Part shown: piece after piece, positions 41,647 to 55,485 of the stretch
Position numbering within the stretch: position 1 is the first letter of the stretch
Layout of the letters: every line of letters begins with the position of its first letter
Assembly (NCBI GenBank): GCA_904063045.1
Contig: CAJFCJ010000025.1
Location: 1-64,000, forward strand
From: Dimorphilus gyrociliatus
Lineage: Eukaryota > Animalia > Annelida
Direction: 5' to 3'
DNA length: 64,000 nucleotides
Notes under the pieces: model-generated
The model's database searches: none
Told to the model about the DNA's origin: nothing
Seen by the model: only the letters and a program-made list of their open reading frames with translations
Position numbers and translations under genes: made by a program

Positions 41647-44296
41647 ATGACGGACGCTGGCTTCTTTAAGGTTATTTGCATCATGATTCTTCACATGAAG
41701 AGTTTTTTTGATGCTAATTGAGATATCATAGCTGATAATTTTTTGAATTTCTTAAACGTTCATACTTCGCTTTCCGGTTACACTGTGTATAAATAACCTC
41801 TTTTTTTATTAATAAGTATGTTTTTTGGACGATAAAATATCGATTTTAGACTATGAGCTTTGAAAGATATTTCAAAGCATAAATCACAAGTGTAATAGCG
41901 AAAGTTTTATAGCGTCTTTTGGTCGCATTATTCAAATGTATGATAATATGCAAAAATAAGCACCTCACATAAAAATTGTTAAGATCCGTCGTGATTTTAT
42001 TTTAAAATAAGTTTCGTTTTATTTTAGGGAACGAGTGCTGATCAAGACAATCGTTTCTCGGACAAGAAGAAGAAGCTTATGAAGCAAATGAAATTTGCTG
42101 CTAATCTCGAAAAGAAGGTCGATATGGTTCGGGTAAAGTTGGACACTATAAAACCATGGATTACCGATAAAGTTACGGAAATTCTTGGCATGGAGGATGA
42201 CGTAGTTGTTGGTCTAACAATCAATCAATTGGAAGAAAATAGGTATTTATGAAGACATTCTTTCTTTTGTGAAACTATCAAAATATTTTCAGATATCCAG
42301 ATGCAAAAGACATGCAAATAAATCTAACAGGATTTTTAAATGCAAGAAATGCTCGAATATTTATGAGTGAACTGTGGGACCTGATGTTGACAGCTATGGA
42401 GTCTCCGAATGGCATTCCAGAACAGTTTGTTGAGAAAAAGAAGATTGAACTATTGAAAAGGCAAGAGGAAGAAGATAAGATTCGTCAGAGCTTAAAGGCA
42501 AAAGAGGAAGAGATATCTAAAGTATTGTTAACAAATAAAGGTTCTGTTATTAAAGAAGAGAACTTACCGGATTTAATACCCAGTGATATTAAAAAATCGA
42601 CGTCACCGGAAGCTGCAAAGTCTCGCTCTAGATCGAGCTCCAGAAGTAAGTCCCCTAAAAGAAGATCAAGATCAAGGTCAAACAGACGAAAATCCAGATC
42701 AAGGTCCAGGTCTCGCAGAAGACGATCCAGATCGCGCAGACGACGATCTAGATCAAGATCTTTAAGAAGAAGATCTGGTTCTCGATCGTACAGACGTCGA
42801 TCAAGATCGCCTCGGATTAGACGCCGCAGCCCACGTCGCCGTCCCTCACCTAGAGGAAGACCACGCCGCATTAGCCGAAGCTATTCGCCGAAAAGATGGA
42901 GGCGATCAAGAACACCAAGAAGGCAATTTCCACCTCGTCCTCGCAAGAGTGTTAGTCGTTCTTCTTCGTCATCCTCTTCCGCTAGTAAATCTGTCAGAAA
43001 GAGGAGATCTAAGTCTGTATCATCAACATCCAGTAGTAATTCAAATGCGTCTAGAAAGAGAGCACCACCGATGTCTTCCATTCAGGCAAAGAGAAATTAC
43101 CGGGCAAAAAAGAGTAGGAGTACATCTTCTAGTAGCTCAACCAGCAGTGCCTCAATACCACCGCGTAAAAAATCGCCGATCAGAAGACAATCAAGAAGCC
43201 CTAGGCGACGCAGCCCAATAAGAAGAAGATATTCAAGATCTCCGAGAAGGTATTTATTCTGTATTTATTTTACCTAGTAAGCTTTGAATCAAATATGAGA
43301 GTATTGAAAGTTTCTCCAAGAATTTCAGTCTTACGAAAATTGTTTCCTACAGATAAACAGTTCAAAGTTGATTTCTATTTGTCAAAATATTTTTGGGGGA
43401 TAGTGTTTTTCGGATTTCGTAAAACTTAAAAAAAAACTAAATATGCTTGAAAATTATCAACATATATGTTAATAAGAAACAATTTAAAGGTTTTTCAAGT
43501 AGAAACAAGATTAAACTCTTCTGAAGAGAAATAATTAAGTTGTCTTAGGCTGTGTGCTACGTTTTGTAGTATTAATTGCTTTGAATTTTTTTGTAGACGC
43601 TTTTCAAGATCACCTCGTCGAAGATTCAGTCCTCCCAGGAGATCTCCAAGAAGATCGCATCGTACTCCATCACCGTATGCACGGAGATATTCACCGAGAC
43701 GAAGAAGTCCCCATAGGCGATTTTCACCGAGAAGGGAAAATAGACCGTCACCAAGAAGAAGAAGTCCAAGTTCTCCACGTCGGAGATCAAAATCACCAAG
43801 GGGCCGAAACGTATCTCCTAGAAAATCGAGGAGTCCTCATCGTAAATATTCTACTTCGCCTATAAGACCAAAGCAATCAATTTCCCCTAGAAAACGTCCG
43901 AGAAGCAGCTCTTCGGAAGATGAAAAGCCCAGAAGGGTAGAAAAACTATCCCCCAGACGAAGAGGGAGTCCAAGGACATCACTGTCCGAGAGTAAGAAAA
44001 AAAAAAGTATTTCACCAGACCGTCGCATAATAACCCTGGAGAAGAAAACTGATGACGATGGGGATGCGGATGGGGATGCGGAAAAGAAGAAGAAGAAGAA
44101 AAAAGAAAAGAAAGAGAAAAAACATAAGAAGAAAAGCAAGAAGAAAAAGCGTAGTTCAAGCCCGGAAGAGGCTAATCCAAAAAAAGAGCTTGTTGAACTT
44201 GAGAAGGTTCTCAGAGAAAAAGCATTGCAATCGTTGATACGTAAGCAAGAAGGAAAGAAAACACCGACGCTTTATAGCAGTGAGGAGTCCAATTAA
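41647..44296 (+). CDS. SRRM1: SRRM1/SRm160 splicing coactivator (PWI domain + RS region), ~631 aa
   Basis: Exons 41647-41670, 42028-42242, 42293-43249, 43597-44296. MTDAGFFKGTSADQDNRF...KPWITDKVTEILGMEDDVV...QINLTGFL (PWI), long RS/RSP repeats, C-terminal ELEKVLREKALQSL. Confidence 0.96.
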
Positions 44297-44751
44297 CCTT
44301 TTTCTCAAATAAATTCAGCATGTCATGGGTGTTGTATTTTGAACAGGTATATATGTCGGTATGTTGAATGAGAGAGGTTAATATTATGTTTGTTTTTGTG
44401 TAGATGATAGGATAAAATCACTACTACGTAAAGATTTGTATCAAAGGTTTGAATAAAATCTTGATTGCAATGACACTTATATAAAAGCTATTTTTTAAAG
44501 GATCCGACTTTTGTTAGGTAAGATTTTATCGTAAAATATAACAGATAAAATATTTAACATTTTTTTTTCATTAAATACAAAATTAAAAACTGTATTACTT
44601 CACTAATAAAAGTTTTTTACTTTAAATAATTTATAGTGGTTTAAGGCACCCCTGACTCTTTCATTACATACATAAGTTTAGTATAAACAGAAAAATCTAT
44701 AACTGAAGTAAACTTAATACTGTGTATGAAAAACTGAACAAAATATGCTTT

Positions 44752-47700
44752 TTAGTTCCCTCTTGAAAAGTAGGATGGGTCGACATAACCAGAAACCACA
44801 ACTGGTTGACTAGACATACATTCTACAGAATCATCTGCATTGAGCTGAAACAAGTTAGCTGGAACAGAACCAGATAATAGTCCTTCACCTATGAAAATTT
44901 CTCCACTCTTCTCAGAGTTGTTAGGTCCTGGTCCTGAAACATTCAAATTGTCTCTTGGCAAGTTACCATTATGTGAAGGCGGTCTTTTGATATCATTAAA
45001 AAAGGAGACTTCGTTTGAAATATATCCATTTGAATCCTCTAAATGATGAACTGCAATATATTGTGGATATGTTAAATTCGTTTCGTCGGTATTCTTTTCG
45101 CTTTCGTTTCCAGTTTCAGTGGAACCTAATAACAATTCTACGCCTCCATTTGGTAGCTCATTATTCATTCGTACATCAGGATGGTTGGAAGAAACACTAT
45201 GAAGTCGCACTTCTCGTAGATTTCTACTAATAGGAAAATGAACACACTTCTTTAAAACGGCTCTGTAAAATAGAAATAAATATCCATAGTGTATATATAG
45301 TAACAGAATGATGTAATTAAAAATTTTATTACCTTAACTTCCAAAAGAATAAACTAAAAGCTATAGTTAAAGCTATTGAACTTGCAACACCAACAACTAA
45401 AATAGCAACATTCGATCTAATTTCTTCTGTTGGAAGAAGAAGAAAAAGTATTAATTTTTTATAATAGAAATAATGAAATGAACTTGCCTGAAATTTGTCC
45501 TAAACTTTCTTCTGCGGTAGTATTAGTTGACTCGTCGACATGCGAACCAACATTGGCCCACAGCAATATATTGTTTTTAGCCGAAATATTCAAATCATAT
45601 TGAATAGATATACTTTTACCTAACCACTTCTTTTCAAAGTGAACATCTGAACAAAGGAAGAAAATAAAAGCAAATTCTATGAAAGTTACTTATTGTATAA
45701 AATGACAAATTACTACCTCCTATGCAGACATTATCCTTTGAAATACAGAAATATACAATGATGTACATGAAAAATACATCAAGATCGCAAGGAGATTTCC
45801 TTAATTTAACTATAGCTTGAAACATTTCTCCTTTAACAATTGTTGTTATCCTTTCAATATTATCTTCTCCTCTCGTACCTATTCAATTATTATATAATAG
45901 CTTTCTGTTTCAATTAAATATAAGGAATTATAAAAAAACATACCGTGCAATCGTACTTTATTCTTAAAAACACATGGCGAAAAAATCAAACCAGACATAA
46001 AATTTTCTTCCAATTTTAATGCAATAGCTATACTAAAATTCTTTTGAAAATCGTTTAACGATCTACTATCTATTGAATGTTCATAAACATTCTCTCCTCT
46101 TGAAATTTTAAAAATTTCCAAGTTTGTCTGCATAAAAAAAGAAGAGAATAATTAATAAAAGTCAAATCTTTGCTTTGTTTGCTATTACTCACTTTACAGC
46201 CGTTTAAAAAGCTATCTTGATTACGGCATAAAAGTAAAATATATTCTGCAGCATTCAACGCCCATTCTGACCATAAAACTACAAGTCTCAATGGATGACG
46301 GTCAATATAGGCCGTTACCAAAAGATTTTTTGGTTGTTTTTCTATAAAAAAAAGCAATAGTTTCTAGGGCAATTAAACGGCTTGGATTGTAAATCTTACT
46401 GCTCCAATTGACAGGGAGGGCAATTTGGTCTGGTCTCTCCTTTAATGAGGAAAAGTCAAAAGTATTGTCCTTCTTCCATGTACTTTCAACTCTAATTGCA
46501 TACGGTCTTGTTTCACTAATCAATTTCGAATTAAATTGATAGAAAAAAGGCTCTTCTGCAAACATAATATCAGACAAAATTTTTGCAGTATCCTCTTTCA
46601 ATGTGATTTTGTATGCAGTAGTTTTTCCACCTCTTTGTCTTTTGCTTAATGGCTATTTTTGTTTCATTACAACTTAATGAATAATGCATCGTAACGTTAA
46701 AATAAACACTTACATTCCAGATGATAACTACTGAAGGTTTAATACCATTTTGAATATAATAAAAAGTCTCTGGTAAAGCTTCGGGTTCTAAAAATGATAT
46801 TCAAGGAGATTTAATAATAATAAACATTTATTCCAATTTGAAAATTACCTGTTGTATTTGTTGTAAAAGTATAAACAGTGTTTTCACTAGATTTACCATA
46901 TTCCTTTCCATTATCAGTTCCTATCAACGACATAAACACGCTATAATTTGTTGCAGGGGCTAAATTTTCAAATTTGCAGAATCCACATGAATCTTCATTT
47001 CCAGTGATGACGTATACAGTTTTCTTATCCTTAAAAATTTCACATTTATTTAAAATGTGTTTTCTTTAAGCTTTTATTAATAAAATTTAGAAAAATGAGG
47101 AAATCCTATATTATATCCTATATTTTTTGACCTGTAAGATCCTAATCTTCATTCGTCAGATGGCGTGTGTAGCATAAGAAAGCTATGCTTTATAAAATAC
47201 TATTCTGTCATTCTCTCTCTCTCTCTCTAATACGTAATCGCATTCATAAATCATTTTACATTCCGTACTGATAAGTAGAATGTTTGCAGAAAGACGTAAA
47301 CTCTCATTCGCCTTTTCTTTTCATACGCTTTCTTATCTTTTTTATCCATGCCTCTTGTTGGTCCTGTGAGTTGAACTCCCACTACTGTTCCACATTTATT
47401 TTCTACTCAAAATGTCTCTTCTATCAGAGTTCACTCGATCTTTAGTATTACCTCTCCGCATTTTATCCATTTAGGGTAACTTGTACCTCTTCTTCCTTCT
47501 CTTTTCACTATTTTCCACTTTAATAGAGAACCTAACCTTCTACCGTGTCATATCTTACTTAATAGACAACGTGTTCGTCTTTTCTTACTCTGTCTCCTAT
47601 TTCTTCCTTTTCTCATTTTCTGTTTTTTACATCCTTTTTGACATCCTTGCTTAAGGAGAGATGTTTTGTTGTTTTATTTTATACTGATATTATAGTGGTC

Positions 47701-50247
47701 ACCAGCACCAGTAGAATGAGATAAATACATTTACCAAACTGAGCATGGAGAATTTAATCTTTAAACATTCGCTTTATATTGTAAGTAGATGTGGAAGTAA
47801 CAATGGTACGGTGCGCAGGTATATAGAATACTCTATATCATTTTTTACATACATGGTTGTCATTTGCCTAGATATTTTCTAAACATACAAATACACTTTC
47901 TACCAAATTGTTAATAAAAGGAACTTACAAGTACAGCAACTTCGTTAGATGATAATTTGCAGTAGAGATTCAGTTCAACATCGTAATGATGTTTTACTTT
48001 CAAGAAATTTTTTGACGGCTGAACGGGTATTGTTGTCGATGTTCCGCTTATATCTATATTCTTCAAGTGCTCACATGCGGAGATACGTGGCTTTCCAGGT
48101 GTTACTGTTTATTATGAATTATTTAATAGACAATGTGAATGTTTTTATAATTAATTCGGTTTCCTGTGAATATTAAGCAATAGATTTATGGAAATAGGCT
48201 TACAATTGTCTTTTCCTAATTGATAGATATATTCCCTTTTCCACGGGTGTGAAAAAATTATTGTTGAGTTATCCTTATTCATAGAAACATTTATATTCTC
48301 TTTAGACAAACTTTGTAAATTAAGCCATTGTGGAAACTCCATTAAAAATTTAATTTGCAGTTGGGGACTTAATTGTATTTCGAATTTATTGGTTTCCTTG
48401 TTGTAGGGCGTTTCTATTGTACCTATACAGTGTGTCTTATTTGTAGCCCTTCTTCGACAAAGTTGATGAAAAGTTGAATTTGTTCTGCAAGTATTTCACA
48501 TTAAAAGATATTTGAAAAACATTCGATTTCTAATATTATATGTATTTCGATCATTTAATATAAATGTCTGCTGTTGCTATTGTTGCGGATGAAAGACAAA
48601 ATGTTTTTATAGTTATTAATGGGATTTATAGATAATTTCTAATTTTTCCCAAGATAATTCATATACGTGTATAAGCTAAACAAATGACTACTTTTGATAA
48701 AAATAACTATTGTTGTCTTTTTACTGATATTCTGCTCTAGTTTTCGCTCTCGATTCTCCTCCTTCAAAGAATATTGTTAAGCTTTCTTCATTTACAGAAG
48801 AAGAAAGAACGTATTTAACTAAATGTGGTTTTTTACTTCTGATTAACATAATAACTTCCTCAATCACAGTGTGTGTTCTTCTTTCTCGAAATAAGTTTTC
48901 TCCTATTTCAACAATAGAGGCTACGATATAAAATGACATCTTATACTTTTGCCAATAAGTATTGTGTTATATTGTTTGAAGAGAGATCTATTTTTCAAAT
49001 TTCTCTCCAGCAATTCTCATCTATCAAATTTCGATGAAAATAATCTTAGATATAAAATAAACTTAAGATATATTTTAAATGAAAAACAAATTGGTAATTA
49101 AGTATTTTAATTAGCATCTTATCAGATGAGATTTATCATTTTTCTTCTCGTATATCTTTTTCAACAGTATTTTACACTCAGATTGAATGGCATAATGAAA
49201 AATTACATTGAAATATATCAGTACTATATATACTAATATATTGCTGGTTTGTTAATTTATAAATTCATTCAAAATGTGGACAATAAATCACATTCTATAT
49301 ATTCAACTATATAGAAAGGAAGAAAACTGATATTCAATCGTATAGATTGATTATTGTTCTTCTTGAATTTTAATCATAACTTACGATTTGTAAGTGATGC
49401 TAATGTTGACTTGTCGTAATATTGTACTTCCAAAATGACTAGAGTACACCTGATTATCCCATTTCCATTCGCAATTAACGTTGTAATAATCGTTAAGTTC
49501 ACAATATTTTATTATCGGAGGCTCCAGCCAATCTTTAAAAGAGAGAATAACATAAGAAAATTGATATCTTAGTCATGAAAAGAAAATATTACCAAACATA
49601 TGCAGGGAAGCTTGTCGCCAACTCTCAATTGTGGAGCTCAATTCACATCGACATGTATAAAACCTCTGTAAACTACCACTAAATAATTTGCTCCAGGTTA
49701 TGCCAAACGAAAAGCTAAGTCTAAAAATGTCATCACTCAACTTTTTCTCGTCTACTTTCACAAATAATTTTTCATGGCATCTATCACCAATCCCTTCCGA
49801 TTTGTTAAATTTAAAATTTTCTCTGTTCAAGTAACATATGTAGGTTGAATCTTGTCCTATACTAATAAAAACAAAAGGAACATTTTTTAATTGTACATCA
49901 CAATGTACAACTAAAAATCCATCTTCCATAACACTATAATCATTAGAACTTTGACTAATTCGTATAGCTGTTCCAGTTATATGAATATTACCTAATCAAT
50001 GAATAAAAATAAAGAAATCATGAATGAATTGTTGAAACATACTCAAAAAGAAACAAAAACAAAGAGTAAAAAGTGTTGAAAGAAAAGATTACTTACTTAG
50101 ACTCTCACATTGCGTGGCCACTAAAAGTAAGACGAAATAAATTTAATAATTTCTTTACATTTCTTTAAAAATACACAAATTGAACTATTATTAATATTTA
50201 CCGGTAATAAATAGTAAAGCTGCGCCAAAATATTCACTAATTTTCAT
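44752..50247 (-). CDS. gp130/Domeless-like class I cytokine receptor, copy A, ~946 aa
   Basis: 15 phase-compatible exons: 50202-50247, 50097-50120, 49593-49991, 49385-49532, 48204-48484, 47929-48104, 46849-47029, 46714-46787, 46400-46652, 46193-46341, 45944-46127, 45717-45878, 45488-45646 (GC donor), 45333-45426, 44752-45262. Signal peptide MKISEYFGAALLFITVATQCES, putative Ig-like D1, cytokine-receptor Cys pattern (PPIIKYCELNDYYNVNCEW...C-x9-C), FN3 domains, TM VAILVVGVASSIALTIAFSLFFW, Tyr-bearing tail. Family call is by motif recognition, not a database hit. Confidence 0.8.
46940..47568. repeat. Left arm of a 629-bp near-perfect inverted repeat (partner 60098-60726)
   Basis: Manual comparison: the reverse complement matches 60098-60726 with one substitution (cagtacgg vs cagtatgg) and the same (GA)8 length. 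Confidence 0.95.
49960..50126. repeat. 167-bp inverted repeat arm (partner 57420-57586) covering exon 2, intron 2 and the start of exon 3 of receptor A
   Basis: One mismatch by manual comparison (ttttgtttc vs ttttatttc). Confidence 0.9.
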
Positions 50248-52483
50248 AGCGAACTGTCACATTGTCAATCTGAGTTGAAGTAAAAGAAGACGAGGAAGAA
50301 GCAGCAGCAGTAATAAAATAAAAAATAATAAAATTTAATCAAATTATTGAGGTATTAGACAGTTTATATTCAATTTGCAGTAAAAAGACCTTTAAGGATA
50401 ATATATACTCTCTCTCTTTCTATATACTGTATATATGAAAAGACAGAATGTTTTAATGAACTTAATAAACAATAGTTTTGTAGTCTATATTCACATACGC
50501 TACTGGATGGAGTAGGAAAGAACTAATCTAATATTGTTGTGAAGCATATATGAAGGGATATATTTATTGATGTATACTGTATATATGTACTGTATATATA
50601 AAGGTATGAATTTATATGGTAATTCTGTCAATTTTTTATACTTCTGGAAAAAAAAGAGTACTGTTGTGTTACTTTAGACTTAAATAAGCTAATTTGTCAC
50701 ATCCTTTATGAAAAAATATATGGTCTGATTATGCAAAGCCACGTGGGACTGTATTGAAGCGTAAAGAGAAGAATAATGATTTATTTTAGAAAATATAAAC
50801 TGAAAGAAGTAACATACGATTAGAACATAAGTCAAATAACCCAAGTCATGTTTCCTTATCCATTAATAATCAATTGATGATGAAAAGTTAGATATACTGT
50901 ATATTTCATTAACATTAAAATGTTATTTTGTAAAATTGTAAATTAGATGGAATCTAGAAATAGTATACTAATTTAAATAGGCGTCTTAAACTAAATGTTG
51001 AAACAGTACGTTAATATTTCCATAGAATAGAACAGAAACTTATTATGTTTTATAAACCAATATTCAATTACGAAAGTGTATATTTTAATTATTTTTTGTT
51101 TTTTGTCCTTTATAATTTATATTAAGAAAAAAAAGAAAGAGAAGGAAATAAAAACTAATCATTTATAAACCTTTCATTTTCAATTACCATAGTAAAAATA
51201 TATAACCTCATTCTTTCTTACTTTTTTTCATTATAACTTAAATGAAGATTATTAAAATCTCTTTCTTTTACTTTCTTTGAAACTCAACTTGATTCCTCAT
51301 AATACTTTATATCACGATTGATAGATTATTAATTAATATCTTTTCTTGGTTTCCGGAAGTATCTTTAATACAATTAAAGACATTGTAAGTCTATAGTTAC
51401 TGAAGTGAATTACATAAAGTCAAGCCCATGAAAATATTGTTTATTAGAGTTCAATTTAGTGGGTTTCTGCATAGTATTGTCCTAAAAGTATTCATATAAA
51501 TTTCTGCCACCTACACGATCACCTACACAATTTGCAACCTATATATAAATACAATTTATAATGATAGTATCATCTGCAATATTGTATAGTTTTACTTGTA
51601 TTCTTCTTCCATATGTGTTTTATAGTATAGTAAATACAACAATTATTCTATTGATCTTAATCTTGCTTCTCCTTACTTTACCTTCATATCTCTTCCAATT
51701 AAAGGGAAAAGATAAATTAATAATAAATGTCGTTTATTCAAACTTGTTAAATTTCTAATTACTTTTTAAGAGTTTAGCTTCTTTACTTTTCTATTAAAAT
51801 TCATATAAGCATAAATAATGAGGGAGAAATATTAACTAAATGTCTAGGCAATTTCTAATTTTTCTTTCAATTATTACCATTTCAAAAGTTATAAAGGTTG
51901 CTTTTCTTTTAAAATCCTTATCTTTTAGTATTAATTTGGACGTGATCATGCGTTATAGTCATTCCTACATGTCTCTCTTTCCCTCTCTCTTTCTTCCTTT
52001 CTTTCATATTTAATATGATAGAATAATGCATTGTAATATTTTTCGTAAAACCTAAACTAATTGAATTTCATTATAATGAGAAGAAAAATTCTAAAGCTTT
52101 ATGTAGACATTATTTTGTCAATAGAATAAAATATTCGAATTACAAATTATTTTTTAAACATTTAGATTCAATCAATGAATAGGAATGTTAAATTCAATAA
52201 GTAGACATGACACAATTTCATTTAAAGTCCTTGCTAAAGTAACTAGAGTGTCGTATTTAAAAAACATGCTTACAATAAAAAGAAAACAAACTAACTTATG
52301 CTTGTTACTTGTATATGGACGATATTATAATAGAAATATCGTTACAGGTCGTTGTATAAATGTCTGTTGATAATTTTAATGTTGTATCCAGAAAATGTCA
52401 CTTAAATATTTAGTTAAATAATCTTGATTCACAGGTTTTTTGTCAGGCGAGTCTTCTCTCTTCTTTGCTCTCTCTTTTCGATA

Positions 52484-52564
52484 TGGGCTGGTGACCTGAT
52501 GTTGATCTTACGGAAGTTCCGGTAAATATTGAGGACAAAAGCTGGTTCTCTCTTTTGGCGGCAA
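52484..52564 (-). promoter_or_regulatory. Duplicated upstream element / candidate promoter of receptor A
   Basis: The reverse complement is highly similar to 54730-54809 (ttgccgccaaa.gagagaaccag...ttaccggaacttccg.aagatcaacatcaggtcaccagccca). Looser homology continues over ~52230-52430 vs ~54850-55030. Confidence 0.6.
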
Positions 52565-53791
52565 AACAAATTTGTTCGATGTTATATACGAAATAGGTTA
52601 TAAGAGATTCTAATTACATTAAGTATAATATACAATATAATGGATACTAATAGTGTTACAATATTTTTACGATAATAGTAAATATTTAAGGTAAGTTGTA
52701 TGGGGGCATTGTTATATATATATATCTACACGCCGATACCTTGATAATTTATCAGTAAATGAATCTTTTTACACTTGTTGAGACATTAATTGTTTGAGAT
52801 TTAATAATCTCGTCTTTATCGAATTTATGATACTTCATGGATAGGCTATCTTATTCAATTGTTAACATAATTAAAGAAAACATATATTCAAAATGTTTAA
52901 GGGCAAAAACGAGAGGCAAAGTTGTGATTACTAACTAAAACGAGTAGCAACAACAAATATACAGGTAGTGTATAGAGCAACAAGTTTTGAAAAACACTAT
53001 TAATATTTCTCGAACACAGGTAACAAATGGGTGTTTTAGGTAACTAAACAAAATTCTCAAGTCTTTGTATCTAGGTAATCAATTTCCACACGTCATACAT
53101 GAACTATTTAGAATAGCCCTGTACCTGTGGCTTTTAGTCACATGTATGCTCTAAATAATAAAAAAACAAAAGAAAAAACTTTTGCTCATCAACTTGTATT
53201 GAATTTATTTAAAAATATTATAATAATTTCTAAAAGAATTACTTAATTGCCTATTAATCAAATTTTAGTTGTCAGAGATAACTTATTTATGAAAGGAATC
53301 CATAACTCATCAAACAAAAAAAAAAACATTTCATAATTAAAAGTTTTTTGTTCCCGTATCAAATTCTTAACAGATATTCATGAACAGTTTTTTATTATTA
53401 TACTATTTTGAATTGTATATAGTTGATATTCTCTCAATAGATATCTTCTCAGCAAAGAAATGAAAGTACCAGTGAAATATTTAAATATATTTAATAGAAT
53501 TATTATTTTCGTTAACTAATCATACTTTTATGCCAAAGAAGGTATAACCTTTACCAAGTTAAGTAATTTTACCTTGACTCATTAAATATATAAAATATAT
53601 AGCTGTATATATACATATATATCCAAAAGGGAATGTTTATAACAATATAGCACAAACACAAAAATATCTTTGTTCGTCTCTATTATAATTTTTATTTTAT
53701 AGCTTTTTTGTAGGCTTAATAAAGCAATAAATTCTCAAAGCTTTACAACTGAATGAAATTTTCGATAAAAAAGTTATTTTTTTATAAAATC

Positions 53792-53823
<32 letters not shown>

Positions 53824-54729
53824 TAATATACACAGGCTTTAATTACTCAGTTTTTCCAAATATAATTAAATACTTAGGCGAAAAAGATGAGAAACAAAGA
53901 AGATAATATCACCGTTTTTGCTGTTGATTGTCGATAAGAAGTAGTTGTTATAAACAAATATTTTTACATAAAAATGGTTAAAAAAAGCATAAATTAAAGT
54001 TAAATATAATGAAAGGAGCTTTAATAGTTGAAGAAAAAGTATTAAAAACATAAAAATAAGTCAGTTGTTAAGATGACGATTATAAGATCGTGTCGAAATC
54101 AAATTTGTTTGATAAGAGATTGTAGTTTTGTATAATACTTCTAAAGTCTGTTTTTTTGTTCATTCAATGATTGCTATTTTGAGTTTTTCTTATCTTAAAA
54201 AGTGTATGTTCAAGGTCATTCCTAAAAATTTTATTCTATTAGAAACACACGAAAATATGCTTAGATACTTTCAGTTTATCAAAATGATTATTTTATATGT
54301 ATATATAATATATATATATATAAATTTATATATATATATGCTTATTAATAGTAATTAGTACAATAGAGGCCAAAAAACGCATTAATAATTACTGATAGAG
54401 CAATAATACATTTAAAAAAAATAACAATTCAATTACACATTGCTACATGCTTCTCTAACAAGTTTGCTAATAAAAAAAGTAACATTTGCGTTCAACTGAT
54501 AATAAAATATATATAAGAAATTTTCTGTTACAAATACTTGAACAACACTACACTTCGAATACTATATATGTAAACAATTAAGCTTAATAGAATTAAAGAA
54601 TTATGATTTTTTAATAAAATTAAATCTCAAATTGATAAAATTGATTATAAATATTAATCAATGACTTATTTCATTTATAGTTATCGTATTAACACGTTTA
54701 AATGCTGACAAAACACTGAATAATCTCAG

Positions 54730-54809
54730 TTGCCGCCAAAGAGAGAACCAGTTCTTGTCCTCATTTTTTACCGGAACTTCCGCAAGATCAACATCAGGTC
54801 ACCAGCCCA
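54730..54809 (+). promoter_or_regulatory. Duplicated upstream element / candidate promoter of receptor B
   Basis: Inverted counterpart of 52484-52564; contains TTACCGGAA (GAS-like/ETS) and CTTCCG. Confidence 0.6.
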
Positions 54810-55404
54810 GAGCCAAGGCGAGAGATAAATTCTGCCTTTAAATCTATAAATCAAGACTATTTAAGTGAACATTCAATTGACAATTTCTGGATGTTGGATT
54901 AAATAGATCATTATACAGTGATTTATAACGATATTTCTACCGTAATATCGTCCATGTATAAGTATCAAGCACAAGTTTGTTTTCTTTTTACTATATAGCA
55001 TGTATTTAAATAAAAGATACTCTAGATGCTTCGACGTAACCTATTTAGGCAAAAGATTATTGAATTGAGCACTCTTTTTCATTGATCGATAGAAGTTTTA
55101 GACACAATTAGTAGTTAAAAACATATTCATGTGTTTACTTGCGAAAAATGAAAATGAGATATAAATATTGTATATATAGTATATAAATTTATATATACTG
55201 TATATATATATATATATCTATTAATAGTAAGTGAGCGAATGAGATGTATAATGTTCTTAAAGAAACATATGTAACTAATCTATTATTACTGGTAAGACAC
55301 TTTACAGTTGAAAATCTTTACAGTTGAAATTTTAATACTGTCCTGATGAAAATATTTGAATAATTTGAAAGGCTGTATCATAGTATAAAAGATAGTTGAA
55401 GAAT

Positions 55405-55485
55405 GAAAGACTGAGACAGACAGATATACACAGTGGTAGTTGGATAGACAGACAGACTCATACACATACACAGACAGGCAGACAT
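55405..55485. repeat. Degenerate GACA/CA simple repeat upstream of the receptor B CDS
   Basis: gactgagacagacag...gatagacagacagactcatacacatacacagacaggcagaca. Confidence 0.65.

Noticed and set aside
41678-41714. Hairpin gcatca...cttca/tgaag...tgatgc in SRRM1 intron 1 as a snoRNA or miRNA
   Set aside because: Short interrupted stem with no convincing C/D or H/ACA boxes; too short for a pre-miRNA.
42485-44237. Several antisense or off-frame ORFs (RRLDLDL-, FSFFFF-type)
   Set aside because: Shadows of the RS- and Lys-rich SRRM1 coding sequence.
46250-46280. WSEWA (A) and WSHWV (B, ~61430) as WSxWS motifs
   Set aside because: They lie at the strand-B Trp of a membrane-proximal FN3 domain (after QPxNLLxTAY), not at the end of the cytokine-binding module.
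48721-48939. 72-aa same-strand ORF inside intron 4 of receptor A
   Set aside because: No recognisable motif, no counterpart in receptor B intron 4, and not needed for exon phase. A transposon remnant or alternative exon cannot be excluded without a search.
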